A DNA stretch of 64,000 nt, taken from the NCBI GenBank assembly GCA_012295275.1, contig CM022675.1:11408001-11472000 (forward strand). Direction: 5' to 3'. The DNA comes from Chrysomallon squamiferum. Lineage: Eukaryota; Animalia; Mollusca. The position numbers were made by a program, and so were the translations under genes. The notes beneath the pieces were generated by a model. It saw only the letters and a list, made by a program, of their open reading frames with translations. It made no database searches and was not told where the DNA came from. Below are positions 15,075-31,584 of this stretch, in pieces (positions within the stretch are counted from its first letter, which is position 1; every line of letters starts with the position of its first letter).

Positions 15075-16478
15075 TCAGCTTATTTGGAAATATTTTATAA
15101 CTGATAATCTTAATATCAGATTTATCGTATTTCATTTGCTGATAAAATTATGACTATTTCAGATAAATATATCTTTATATTGATTTGTAAAATGAAAATA
15201 TTTCCAATTTCAGTTGTCACATTTTCTTATTAAAGTGCTGGTATGTATACATATAGATTAACTGTAAAATGGAAAAATATTTTAAATGTTACAAACATTA
15301 TTTTCACATATAAAGGTATATTTACCAGATACAAATCTTAGAGATTATAAACAAAATTTTCAGATATAAAGATTCATATTCAGGGTAATAGTTTGTTAAG
15401 AAATATCTTATTTTTTTACTTATTTTATGATCGTATCATTTGATAAAAATTAGTTTTACCGTATTTTAACCATTTGAAATACTTTTTTTAATACTATTAT
15501 TACTTTCTTAAATACGTTTCCATATATTCAGTTTTCTGCTAATAAATGTATAATTTTATAAATCTCCGACTTGTTAGTTTTCATATTTTAGTAAAGAAAA
15601 TTTCGTTTTTTACTCAAGAAATATTTTTATATATTTTTATAATCACATTTATCTATTAGTTTCCGACGGAAATTTCAGCATATATATTTTAACTTTTTCG
15701 CTGTAAAATTTAAAAAGTTTAATAATTTAAGTTTATTTTTCTGTCGTACATAATGAATTTTTTGCAGCACTTAAAAGCAAGATATACATAGGTAAAACAA
15801 AATATACCAAGATTAATTAATTTGGAATTTACAGCATATTTATTATTTAGTTCTGGATATTCGATGTTTGGAAAGTAAAGTAAAGAAAAACTATTTTTGC
15901 TTTACGAAATAAAAGAATTTACGAAGTTATTTAAATTATTTTGTATTTTTGTTAATGTTTATAACTGACAAATGTGAATAATAATAAGTATACATACTTA
16001 AATATTATTATTATTAAAATTGTTTTAATATAGTCGGTATTTCATAAACCTTAAATTTAATATTAGATATGTAAAGGTAGTTTATTAATTAATCTAACAA
16101 AAATTATTTACAAATTAAAGAACAATAACAACACAAAAACAAACAAAGAAAAAAAAATATTATCAGAAGTTAGATTTCAGATAAATAAAGCGAAACGTTT
16201 TATTCAAAAATAAACAACTAAAATAACTTAAAAGCTACTGTTTTCACAAATTATTTACTTCTTAATGGGAAAATATTATAAACGGATATGAAATATGCGT
16301 GAGAATTTTTGTTTATTATATTTCCCAGATGCTATATTCATGTGTCTTTTCAGTCTTCTAATATTCCTTCATTATTAAAGCAAATATCTTTAATATTAAA
16401 CAGAAAACGATTAATGTATACTTATTATATTCATATTTAACTAAGAATATACATTAATATATACTGAACACATTTCAG

Positions 16479-16509
<31 letters not shown>

Positions 16510-17081
16510 TCTATCTATTTTGATTTTTTCTTTGTTGTTGTTTTCTTTGTTTCTTTCTTTAAGTGTTCATTTATTTGTTTGCATGTTTTACTACTTTTTA
16601 TTTATTTATTTTCGTTTATTTGTAGTTCTTTCTCTTTATATTTTTATTATTATTATTCACTCAACTGCTTATAACTTATTCATATTCTCTTAATTATTTA
16701 GTAAATAATTTATTTGTGTCTTTTTCAATTAATTAGTTAATTAAGTAATTTTCATGCATAGTAATTGATTTATTTATTACTTCATTTTTTTTTCTTTCAC
16801 TCCACCGCATAACATGTTCATCATATATTGTTTAGTATAATTTATTGGATAAAAAATAAAAGAATTTTGCCTATTAACCGGATATTTGATTATTTAATTA
16901 TACATAAATACATACATACATACATACATATATATATATATAAAATATGAAACACTTTAAATATTGCTGTATATACAAATGTTGATACTTTTGTATTGTT
17001 AAAATCAACAGTCAGTATGTCTATTTATGTATCCACATATCAATGTATTGTTTATTAGTCACACACATACATAGATTAGAA

Positions 17082-17143
<62 letters not shown>

Positions 17144-17393
17144 CCTCCCTCCCTCCCTCCCTCTCTCTCTCTTGCTCAGTTTCTCAGTTTCTGCCATAAC
17201 CATATAAAACTAAGTTTGAAATATATTCCTATATATTTTTGAGAAAACATCTACATTGAACGATTGTCATATATTGTTAAAGTATGTGTAAAAGTACATG
17301 TAAAAGTACATTTCCATCTAAGAAAATGTGTATTGTGCTGAAAATCTTCACAAACCGGAACAACTTGTTTGGTGAATAATACATTTGTGTGTG

Positions 17394-17432
<39 letters not shown>

Positions 17433-17706
17433 TTAGATATGAATATCGCTGTATATCAATGCATATGTATCGTTGAGTAAGTGAGGGTACGTGTGTGTAT
17501 GCGTGAATGTCTTTGTGTGCATCTGGGGGTGGATGTGCGTGTGTCTGTCCACATATATTGTCTGTACATATTCCATCTCTCAATAGAAAATCATAGAAGT
17601 TTCCTATCTAATATTTAATATATAACACATTTATTTATTTATTTATTTATTTATTTAATTATTATTTTTATATATATAACTACAATAAGCAATAAATGTA
17701 ACACAC

Positions 17707-17738
<32 letters not shown>

Positions 17739-18415
17739 CGCAAATATAAAAAGTCCATTACGATTTAAACACATATACAATAATAATTTACCAAGGTGAC
17801 GCACAATTTTATTCAGAAAACGTATTTTCTTTTTTCTTTATTTACTTTAAAAAAACAAGAATTAAAAAATTAAAAATAGTATTAATAAAAAAAGTTAACT
17901 AAAAAAATAAATGCTACTTTGATAATCCGCTACTTTTCCCGAATATATTAATATTAATTTAACTGTTCTTCGTATGAAATGAACAAAGCAATTGACACAA
18001 AATCAATACGAAATGAACAAAACAAAAAAGCTTATGTATTAAAAAAAGACGTACAAAAAACTCGTTTGAAACGCCTGTTAATTATATCGTAACACATTAT
18101 CACTCATAATATAATAGTACGTAATTTATCATGACAGAGAATACTATAACCCAGTCATAATATAGATAGAATGTAATTTATTTTAGTATAATATGGTACA
18201 GAACAATTCAATTCAGTACAGAATGACACTATACAATACAAAGCAATACAATACGCAACAGTACAATAAATAATGACATACTTTATTAGATAATATAACA
18301 TAATGTAATGCAATATAATATAACATCTGAAATTTTTATGTATAACTTTATAATCCTGTTAATATACGTTTGCCTGTATCTGTAAAGTAAATAAGTTGAA
18401 ATAATAAATAAGTAA

Positions 18416-18455
<40 letters not shown>

Positions 18456-18955
18456 ATGTAATTAAAAATTTGTCCTGCGTAAAAATGTTTATTTCATTAC
18501 AATTTCACGCTTTACTCACTTTGTTGGAAAAGGTTCCCTTGAGGTTCTTGGATCGATTCTTCACGCCTATATTATTCCCAATTATTTTTTTCATTTTTTT
18601 ATTTTTTTTTATGTGCAGTGGTTCATCAAAGTGTAGTTACATATAATAAAAAGTGCTGACAAGTCTATTAAAAATTAAATAGATAAAAAAATCTTAGGTC
18701 TTTGAAGATTCGTAATAATTAGGAGCACATTCTAGAACTGGAAAAAAAACGCCTAATAGGCGAACTCTTGAGTCGTGAACTTGTAGGAGAACTCTTCCAT
18801 CAATAAACTACAATTGTGTGATGCACGAATGTATGCATGAATGACTGAATGAATGAAACGAAAGAAGGAATGAAGGCACTACCAAACGGACGAATGAATT
18901 AATGACCAATCAGTGATTGCCTGGCCGCCTAACAAAGAGAAGTTATCATCGACAA

Positions 18956-19421
<466 letters not shown>

Positions 19422-20111
19422 AAAAATCGCTGACGGAGATTTTTTTTTTCTTTAATAATTGAAGACGATGACGCTACTAACTAATAAACTCTAATATACT
19501 TAAACTGAGAAAGTTTTAAAATTACATCTTAACGAGTTCACACCAAAAACGGTAAACGTTGTCTGGGAATACAACGGTTCTTAATAGAATTCCACGACTG
19601 CACCATGCAGATAACAGTTTTAAGGACTTATATTTTATTTTCGCCCTTTCATCTAGCTTAATTGGTAGGATACCATGACTGAATTAAAAATAAATTATCT
19701 GTCTTCCCGAAAGACGGTTAAAGATACCACTTTCTATTTCACTTCTGTGCGCCAGTTACCAAAGCCACACTTTGCAGTTCAGAAAGCCACTGCAGCTATG
19801 CAAAATTAATCTTTTGAAATGGAATAATCACTGACGTTGTAAATGTTATGGACTGTATGTTCGACACACTTGGATGTCAGCTGTCAGAAAATCTGACTAT
19901 ATGATTGCTACAAATGTATTTCAACTTATATATATAAATATAGTCTTCATACATATGGTTTCTCCGTATATATTTTTATCTGTTTGTCCAATTCAGATTT
20001 ATCTTCATTTCTCTATTTCTTTTCTTTCTTTGTTCCCTTCTTTATAAAATGTTCGTCAAGAACCTTTTTAATTTCTAAATTTTTTTTTTAACTGTCTCTT
20101 TGTGAGTTTCT

Positions 20112-20266
<155 letters not shown>

Positions 20267-20514
20267 TTCCCCCTCACTCTTTCGTTTCTCTTTTTCCTAA
20301 ATCCTTTGTATAAACTAAACACTGAAGTATAATCATTTTTACGCATAAAATAGTCGACGTAACTATCATTATCACGCACTGTGGAAAATAACAAACGCAT
20401 AAACATGAAAGTGAAATATTAGATTTTTTCTTTCTGATCGATTAAAGTTTCGTACACCTGTCACTCCCTCTGTACTTTAAATGTAGCACGATTATTCTGT
20501 CGTAGCACCTTCGC

Positions 20515-20550
<36 letters not shown>

Positions 20551-20920
20551 CATACACACACAGACACATATAAATATATTTCTGTGATCATTTGTTTTTT
20601 TTTACAATGAAATGGTATCCTCTATGCAGATATTGTTAACGAATAACTAGAAAAAAAATAATATTCATTTCATACATACATAGATATACAACTGTACTTC
20701 AGAAATATCGATGTAACCTTCTGTTATCATTCTAGATAATATCCCACTGCTTATCAACTACATCACTGTTGTAACAACTGCTGTTACCTTCCTCCTCCTA
20801 CGACGACTACCAAACATAACTATACGATACTTCCTGATACGTGTACTGCTAATACGTCAACCACAACTACAACGGTTATCATTAGTAGTATGATTTCTTT
20901 TTCTTTTTCTTCTTCTAATA

Positions 20921-20957
20921 CTGTTACTATTACTATTACTACTACTACTATTACTAT

Positions 20958-21001
<44 letters not shown>

Positions 21002-21335
21002 ATAATAATAATAATAATAATAATAATATGACCATTACAATGTTTCGTTACATCTACAGAAACAATAGCTACAAACCTTCTGAATAAAATTAGTTTACTA
21101 TATATTTCAGTTTTATATATTATCATAACTGTAATGACAATCACAATAATTATAACAATAATAATAATAATAATAATAATAACAATAAAATAATAATAAT
21201 AATAGTAAATAATAATAATAATAATAACAATAAAATAATAATAATAATAACAATAATAATAATAATAATAATAAAATAATAATAATAATAACAACAACAA
21301 CAACAATAAAAAAAAAAAATAAAAATAATAATAAT

Positions 21336-21382
<47 letters not shown>

Positions 21383-21393
21383 CGACAACAATA
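20921..21393. repeat. Compound trinucleotide region (ACT)n/(AAT)n/(AAC)n
   Basis: Directly visible. Confidence 0.9.
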
Positions 21394-21480
21394 AGGTCTC
21401 AATGGTAAGAGGTGACTTGAACCACGTAACGTAACCGGATCAATACGAGGACCCAAGTCGTCCACACACTACATCCACGC
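21394..21480 (-). mobile_element. Possible degenerate tRNA-derived SINE head
   Basis: On the minus strand, an A-box-like TGGATGTAGTG (21477-21467) is followed about 45 nt later by B-box GGTTCAAGTC (21423-21414) and then a (TTG)n tail. No cloverleaf is evident. Confidence 0.2.
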
Positions 21481-21731
21481 TCTGCTTTTGAAATCTAATC
21501 CCAGGCAGGCTACGATGGGAGCCCGCTGACTGTTGGATTATAAAAATAGCGGTATGAAAATATGTTCCCAGCCATATCGCAATAAAAATCCCAAACTGTT
21601 TAGAAATCAAATAACTTTAGTGTCACGTAGCCTTCTATTGTATTAGTGAATTAATTCTCTCTGATTGCCTCCCTTGAAGCACCATTGTTTAATGCGTTTT
21701 TCCGAGTTACGCTGATGGATTTGTAGAAAGG

Positions 21732-21763
<32 letters not shown>

Positions 21764-22910
21764 AACAGAAATTGGGGAAGAAGATTCATCTATTAGAGAA
21801 ATTATTATTTTTCAGCTGGTGATTCACAGTTGATAGGGGAAAAAGGATTATTTTTGTACGTTTGTATGTGTGTGTGTATGTGTGTATGTGTGTGTATATG
21901 TGTGTGTATGTATGTATGTATGTATGTGTGTGTATGTATGTGTGTGTATGTATGTATGGATGTATGTGTGTATGTATGTATGTGTGTAAGTATGTATGTA
22001 TGTATGTATATATGTGTGTGTATGTATATACGTATGTATGTATCTATTTCTCTGTAGATCTGTCTGACTTTCTACCGACTACCTAAGTCTCTATCTATCT
22101 GAATGCCGGTTTATCTATCTATCTATCTCTCTATCTCTCTCTCTATCTATCTATCTATCTCTCTATCTCTCTCTCTATCTATCTATCTCTCTATCTATCT
22201 ATCTACGTATAACGTACAACAATAACAACAAATAAACATAAAAGTGGAAACGGACTGGGTTAGGCAACTGTTCTCGTCTCAAACGCATTATTTGTTTTTA
22301 ACTCATAACACTTCAATTAAAAACAAAAACCGTCTCCGTTACGTCTTTGAATTCGTACTTTAAAACGAAGTCACGCGAGATTTCGTGAGATCGCACGAGA
22401 CTCCTCGAACTCAACACATAAACGGCAGGTCCCGTGGACTCACGTTAAACAAACACTAAACACGCAATAAAAATAAGTATACTTTTCGTACTGCACACCT
22501 TTTAGAGCTTAATAAAGATAGCTTTCAGCGGCTAAATTAATTTTATACCAAGCTCATGCGCTTAAAACCTATTGAATCGGAGGAGTAATGATTTCTTTAT
22601 TTCGTGCTTATGTATGGGGCAGAAAGATAACCATGGCGAATAAAATACAGTCTATTCATCGCTCAGAACGAGCGTGAACGAAACACTGTTTCGAGTTGGG
22701 TTTTAAGTTGTTAAATACGGTTTTTCGTGCCAGATGAAACAAGATGAAGAGAGTACAGTATATGACAGGCACAGTTTTGTCTTATATACTGATATGATTT
22801 TTGGGGTTTTTCTTTTTTCAGTTTGATTGTTTTGTTTGCGATGCTGTTTGTGTGTTTCTTTATTGTTTATTTTATCTGACTGATTGTCCCTCTACCTATC
22901 TATTTATCTC

Positions 22911-22949
<39 letters not shown>

Positions 22950-23549
22950 CTCTATATATATCTGCCTATCTACCTATCTAGCTGTCTGTCTAGCTATCTA
23001 TCTTTGTATCTATATCTATCTATCTATCAAGTCTGGCTGATTATGTGTCTTTATCTATCTATCTATATATCTATCTATCTATCTATCTTTCCATGTCTTA
23101 CTGATTCTGTATTTCTGAATATCTGTCTGTCTTTCTATGTATGCATCTGTCTACATGTGTGTGTGTGTTTCTCTCTTTGTTCGTTCGTTTTGTTTATTTG
23201 TTTGTTTGTTTGTTTGTTTATTTTATTTCATTTTATTTTATTTTATTTTATTTTATTTTATATATTTATTTATTTATTTTATTTTTTGTACTACTGATAA
23301 GCGTGAGAGATGACAGGGGCTGAAATGGGTGGAAGGGTGAGTGAGTGAGTGAGTGAGTGAATGAATGAATGAGTGAGTGAGTGAGTGAATGAATGAGTGA
23401 GTGAGTGAATCAGTGAGTGAGTGAATGAGTGAATATTTTAGTGACAGTATTATCAGCATATATTTAACATTCTAACAGTAGTGGAAAGTTAAATTCATGT
23501 AAAAATAAATGAATTATGACGTCTGTTATTAATATTTAAATATCGAATA

Positions 23550-23582
<33 letters not shown>

Positions 23583-23819
23583 TTTTTGAAACACATATAC
23601 TCTTTATTGTTTTATTTCTAATTTATTTTATTCCATTCTATTTTTTTCATTTTATTCATTTATTCGTCGTTGTCCACCTTTCTGCATCATCATAAATCTT
23701 CATCCCCAGAATAAATTTGAAAAAAAAAAAATCTTAAAACGCACACAAACAGCCCCAAAAGAAAAGAAAAGAAACCAGCAAAAATAACCTATACCTGAAC
23801 ACTGAACGATATAAATTTC

Positions 23820-24130
23820 AGTGAGATACAGGTGACGTGCTTATAACGACGTCCTCCACAAAACTACGACAGCAATGTCCTTCTTTGATTTACTGTCGCC
23901 GTCTGATTGAAAACCAACAGACAGCTACGGCAACGCGGGGGGTTCCCGGCGAAGCAAGAAGTACGTCGTCAAAATCACCAAGGGAGACGTCGATATTAAG
24001 CGTTGAACGTGGCAGGGACAGGCTCTTTACGCTCCACGTATTCACCGAATAGACAAAAGGTAGATTTTAAAGAGGTAGACTAATAAAAAATAGAAAATAA
24101 AAACATTTCTCCAAGGTGCGCCGTTAACGG
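23820..24130. promoter_or_regulatory. CpG-rich island with NF-kB consensus
   Basis: GGGGGTTCCC at 23938-23947 fits GGGRNNYYCC; TGATTTAC at about 23886; palindrome CCGTTAACGG at 24121-24130. Confidence 0.25.
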
Positions 24131-24159
24131 TTGATAAGAAATAGAGAGAAAAAGAAAAA

Positions 24160-24406
<247 letters not shown>

Positions 24407-25013
24407 AAACTAAAGAGAGAAACAGAAAAGAGAAAAAAAAGGAAAATAAAAAATAATAACAGAAATAAAACAAATTAATTAAAAAAATAACAATACAAAA
24501 AAACAAAAACTAAAAAAACCAAACATAAAATCGTGCTGTTCAGAGAGATACGCAGAAACGTGTTGAAAATCGCTGCAGACAAAAAGAAAAACAACAAACA
24601 AAAATACCCAGGTAAAAATGTCATTTGCGCAGACGTATAACTTTACCGCCATATTTCAGAGTCAGCGGGACTCGAGACAGGGTAACAAAGGGACATGAGT
24701 GCTTTACTGGAATCGACTGCTTTGAAAACCGTTTGACCGTTCAGCGGAACGGAGGCGAACGCTTTGAAATGCGGCCTCTAATCGAGTTTTATAGCTTTTA
24801 ATTTGGTGGTGTGCTGCACTTCCAGACTAATGTCCGACAGTCGAGGGCTGGCTTCGCTTCTGTGAGGTCTTCGGGTCTTTTTTTTTAATTTTTATTTTTT
24901 TTATTTTTTTTATTTTTTTTATTTTTTTTTTTTTTTTTTTTGTTGCTAGACAACGTCAACTGATGCTTTCTGCACTTTGGGAAACGAATCCTTATCTATT
25001 TTATTTTTATTTT

Positions 25014-25054
<41 letters not shown>

Positions 25055-25253
25055 GTTAAATTTATTTAACATCTTCGACTCTCAAGTTTCCTTCTCAGTT
25101 ATCAGTTTCTCTCTACGACTTATACCTGTAGGTGGCAAAACTGTTTTGTAGACTTTAATTTTATGTCTCCCACCCACCCACCCGTACTACCCGAAAATTC
25201 CCATCTTGTCTTCTCAGCTTTACCTTTCTTTTTTTTTTTTTTTTTTCTTTCAG

Positions 25254-25341
25254 ATTCAGTCCGAGGTGGTATCTGCTACCTTATTGCAGTATATTTATTT
25301 CGCAGTCTTAAACTTCTCTGTGTCGGTTTATACAGGATGGA
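25254..25341 (+). other. Candidate 88-nt spliced exon (probably non-coding or UTR)
   Basis: A long polypyrimidine tract ending TTTCAG (AG at 25252-25253) precedes it, and GA|GTAAGT follows at 25341/25342. One frame is open (DSVRGGICYLIAVYLFRSLKLLCVGLYRM) but has no similarity I recognise. Confidence 0.25.
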
Positions 25342-27746
25342 GTAAGTTAATAGATGAATGTATTGGGTTTTTTTAATAATTTTTTATTATTGTTTAACGT
25401 CTGAAAAATCTCGCTAGTATCAGCGCCTTGTTTTTTTAAATGGTTTACACAACTAATAGGTGTCGGTATATTTTACTGAATGTCTCAAACTTTTCACGTT
25501 CAGCTTAAAAGAATTGTAATTGAGCCTGTTTGACCTAATACGTGAAATGGAATGTTTTATGTAATTGATGTTGTGGATTTTTTGTGTGTCTGAAAGTTAT
25601 GGGTCACACCAAGAACCTCGTTTTGAAAACGCCGTACCCTAATACCTTTATATATATATATATATATTTAATATTTGATAAGCCTCATTTATATTGTATA
25701 GATGATTTAAGATGGTATACATTGAGTGATAGCAACATTTCATAGAACCCTCTAAATATTTGTATATACAGTATGTAGACTGTACTAAAGAAGGTGACTG
25801 CTAATATGTGATAGCATATCTAAGTGAATTTCTGAAACTTCACGCCAAATGGTACCCGTTAAAAGCTGATACTTTAATGTAATCTTTCCGCTTGTAAAAG
25901 TGTTTCACTAATCATTTGACGTAAAATAAAACACGGTAGAACAGTTTATTAACAGGTAAAATGTATTGCTTACAATTTGTACAATGGTTCTGTATGTAAG
26001 AGGGCTTTTCACTAATAGTACATTTTATATATTTTTTATATACCCGCGCTTTTTTGTACTATGTCTATGCTATTCATTCCGAAGTCTTTATCACAAAAAA
26101 TTTCATTCACCCGCGAATATAATTGTGATTTTTTATTTTTATTTTTTTTTTTTTTTTTATTTTATATATATGTATGCGTGAATGAAATGTTTTTTTTTTT
26201 TTTTTGGTCAGACGGTCTTGTTTGCCTTTATTCCATGTCGTTTATTTAAGCTATTAAACATTAATAAATACCACAAAGATGGTTTTATTTATATATTATT
26301 ACTTTATTTTTATTTTTTATTTTTATTTTTTTTTTTATTATTATTTTATTTTTTTACTTAACACCTCTGTATTCTAAAACACGTTGTATATTTATTTTGA
26401 TGCCTCTTATACAGCTTTCACAATTGCCGTTTTATAGGTTAATTTAATATCGAGTACTTAAATTAATAACACGTTTTTTTGTGTGTGCACATCGGAGTTT
26501 ACAGTCATCACGTGAAAGCTTCAGAAACACGTTGTACAATTGTTTAATAGCTTTCCTTTTGCCTCTGTCTTGCAGTTTATGACGTTAAGTCAGTTTAATT
26601 TGCTCTGCTTAAATTAGCCACGTCACGATATTTTCTAGCCTTAGAGTTTATATCCCTCGCCTTGGTGAATTGTAATACGTTATTGAATTACTTGATAACC
26701 TTCGTTTTGTCCTGCTTGAGTTCACGTGATGATGTCTACTTAAATTAACAAGAAGATATTCTGTTGTATTTTTTTTTTCGTTTGAATTCGAAATCTTTTG
26801 TGTGTTAAAATCTTATTTGCTTAATAGTTCTCGTTTTGTCTAAATGTTGTCTATGGTTATATTTAATTAATTTGATTTTGTTTACTTATGTTATAAAAAT
26901 GATACTATTTTGTAGATTTTATAGTTAAAGGTATACCTTTTATTATTTAAAATTGCTTTTGGTTTGCCGCTAATTACATGATATTTGATTTTGATTTTGA
27001 TTTATTTTATTTTATTTTGTTTTGTTTTATTTTATTTATTTATTTATTTATTGGTTTATTTTTATTATTGCTAATTTAAAAAAAAAAAAAATTATAATCT
27101 GATATTAATTTAATAAACTGAATCAAAAATATTGTATTTACTGTTATTATTATTAGTAGTAGTAGTAGTAGTAGTATTGTTATTATTATTATTATTATTA
27201 TTTGTGTGTGTATGTGTGCATGTATTTGTAAAAATTATTAAATGTATTTTGAATTGATTTGTTATCCATGATATATTTACTAAATTATTAGTTTTTAAAA
27301 CTTTTGCTTTAACTTTCTACTTAATGTGGAATAAAATTAATCTGTCTTTAAACATATATGCGTGTATTATTCGGCTTGTTTCATACTGTTTTTAAAAAAA
27401 ATATTCAATCGTTACAAAAGAAAGGAATTGTGGAATTAAAATAAAAAGAGAATAGAAAGTCAGTTAAACAAAGCTGTATGGTTGAAGTAAAATAACATAT
27501 TAACTAATGGTAAACAAATTCTGCCTAAATTCTGATATTTCTCAAATTTGGTGTAAGTTTTTGCAGATTTAAATAAATTTGAATAAGCTGAAATGCCTTC
27601 TACTTTCATGTTAAAAAATAAAGAATTTGTTCTTTCTATTGCTCATATGTTTGTGTCTTTGAGTAATAAGGTTTCTAAAAAGATACATTAGTTTAATTCG
27701 TTGTTTTATATATATATATATTAAAAAGTAGCTCAGCTAGTTAAAG

Positions 27747-27943
<197 letters not shown>

Positions 27944-28680
27944 AGATGAATAAGTATATGTAGATGTTGCGTATTCGTATGTGAAAGTAAATATGCATAT
28001 ATTATTATGGAACAATGAAATCTAAATTTGTCACTATCTATGCATATATTCATCTTATTTCTATATGAATGTAAATGGGTTTGTTTCGGGTTGTCTCTTT
28101 TTTTTTTTTTTTTTTTTTTGGTGTGATGGTTGTATTTGTTGATGATTATGCATGTATGTGTTTGCGCTACAAAAAGGTAAAGAATTATTTAGCAAGTCAG
28201 ACAAATACGTCATAAAACAACAAAGAAGACAAGTATCTAGACAGGGAAAGGAAAAAAAAAACAAGCACACCTTACAGACAAACATACTGACTGACACACA
28301 CGTAGACGTTCGGACGTAGTCACAGTCCATAATAACAACAACACTTTCTGACTACATCCGTGTCTAAATGACCAGATATATGAAACCTGCCTTTGAGAAC
28401 TGTAAGACATTCTTCTCCTGTTTTTAGCAAAGATCTGGTTTCTTCTTCGCTTCAGCGGTCGCACGTAGCTGTAGCTGTGTGTGTGTGTGTAGTCGAAGTG
28501 TGTCGAAGTGACGATGGACACCGCGTGGGAGTCGAGGTGACAGAGAAACATTTCTCACACGTCAGCTGTCTGTCTCGCCGTATCCGGCAATAAACAGAAT
28601 CAGAAACTGTGGACTGGAAGCGAGGGTTGCTAGACCAAAACTGTGTTAGGATCGAGAAAGAGGACAGAGAGAGCGAGAGG

Positions 28681-28800
<120 letters not shown>

Positions 28801-29864
28801 CAGAGGCAGAGAGAAAGGAAGAGAGAGAAAGCGGACAAGTAGTTCAGGATAGGATTTTCTTATAGTTTTAAATTACTTAATACTTAATATCCACTCAACG
28901 TGAACACACGTACACACGTACAGACACGCACACACATACACACATGCACACACTGGTCACACAGAAACAGGTGGAACACTGAAAGATCAGGACAGTTTTT
29001 AGAAACTAGTTCAGATCATTATGCTCATATATAAAATATTTTTTTCAATGCATAACTGTGTGTCTCATTTCAAACAAGAATAAAGTTACACCAGAATTCT
29101 GTTCAGTAAGTTTACTATTATTTTATGACTTTATTCAAAATTTAACATTTCATTTTTTATTTTGACGTTATAAATACAGAATAACAAACCAAAAAATAAG
29201 AAATAAAGTAAAAAAGGAACGAAAGAATTTAAAAAAAAAAAATGGACGCCAATAACAATAAAAGGAAGGAATAAAGGAGGTATTAACGAGCAAATAAAAT
29301 CAAAAACAAAGAAAAAAACAAAACAGAAAACAGACCAAAACAAAAAAAACAAAAACAAAAAAACAATTGGCATTGGGCGAGAGATAATATTTATAGGAAA
29401 AACATTTTTTTTTATTTTTTTATTTTAAAACAAATTTTATGGCAAAATTATTTTTTGTAGAAAGTTTACAGCGAAATGATTTATTGAAGTCATTTTATCG
29501 CAGAACAATTTTTTGAAGAAATTTTACGACGCCTTAATTGATTATTTTATTGTTTGTTTTTCTGTTGAGTGACAGCATACGTTAATCTCTATAGCGCTGT
29601 CATAAAATGTATCATCTTCTATTATGTGCAGAACTATTAAGCATGCATAAATCAAGAACATATTCAATAAGTCGTAAATATGACTTTTATACAAGATCTG
29701 AATTCACGAATCAGGCAGTAAATAGTTCTTCAGAGAAATTACCTTTTGATGAATAGGATATGTTGTACGCTCATTTTAATGCAATTACTCTTGCTAATAA
29801 TTATAATATGGCCGTAGAGAAAAACTGTATTTGAAAATCCTTTTTTACTGAACAGCTGATAATA

Positions 29865-30375
<511 letters not shown>

Positions 30376-30449
30376 TGAATGGCCATCACTCTTTCTGTAT
30401 GTTTGTGTGTGTGTCTGTGTATATCTAGACATATTCACATACAAATACA

Positions 30450-30496
<47 letters not shown>

Positions 30497-31584
30497 AAAC
30501 AGTTGCTAAAATTAAAATAAGCTTTAAATTTACACGGTACTAAAAAGTTAATTTACATAGCACAATAATTTATTGCTATAGAAAATATTAATTGTCATCA
30601 AGCACTGTTAAAATTATACGAAACTAATATCACGTATGTTCACTACATTAACATGGGATACAGGCCTGTCTATTCTGTTTGAGTTAATTTTAACGTATTA
30701 AAGAGAATCAGGATAATCTCATTACGCGAAATAATATCGTAAAACACACAGAAGTCCTTTTGCTTTGCTAAACGTGAAGAAGTTGTAGATTGCACAAATA
30801 TATAAAACGCTTATAATGAATTTAATGATAGTGGTAGTTGTGGTAGTTGTGGTAGTTGTAGTAGTAGTAGTAGTAGTAATTGTAGTAGTAGTAGTAATAG
30901 TAGTAGTTGTAGTAGTAGTTGTAGTAGTGGTTGTAATAGTAGTTGTAGTAATGTGGTGATGATGAAGATATTTTTTATAATAAGAATAAATTAAATAGTA
31001 GTAGTAATAGTAGTAGTAGTAGTAGTAGTAGCAACAATAATAATAATAACTGTATTATTATTACCGTTTTATTTTTGCTGTTACTGTTATTGCAACTTTT
31101 GATGTTTTTATACTCACAATATAATAACAGAACCAAAACGTGACTATTTGTGTGATTTGTACAATGTACATACGAAACATTGTCTTTACGGATTTGTGTG
31201 CATTAATTCTGTTATTTTTATTATTGTTGCTGTTGTTGATGATGGTCTTCTTCATCTTCTTCTTCTTCTTCTTCTTCTTCTTCTTTTCATTGCTTTTATT
31301 ATGTTATTTTTTTTATTATTATTATTATTATTATATTACAGGAGTTTCAAGCAAAATTACGTGTTCTATTTACTTTTAAGAAACAAAACAAAGCTTATTA
31401 TTTCCTATCTTTCTTTCTTTTCGCTTCTTTTCTTTTTCTTTTCCTTTCTGTTTTGCACTCATTAAAAGAATGGACAAACTGATACAACAAAAGATGCTTA
31501 TCGTAAAAACCAGCTCGTGCCGCACTCTGCAATTTTTATGGCAGTCTATTAAACATGCGACTACCTAATTATTCCGCAATAAAC

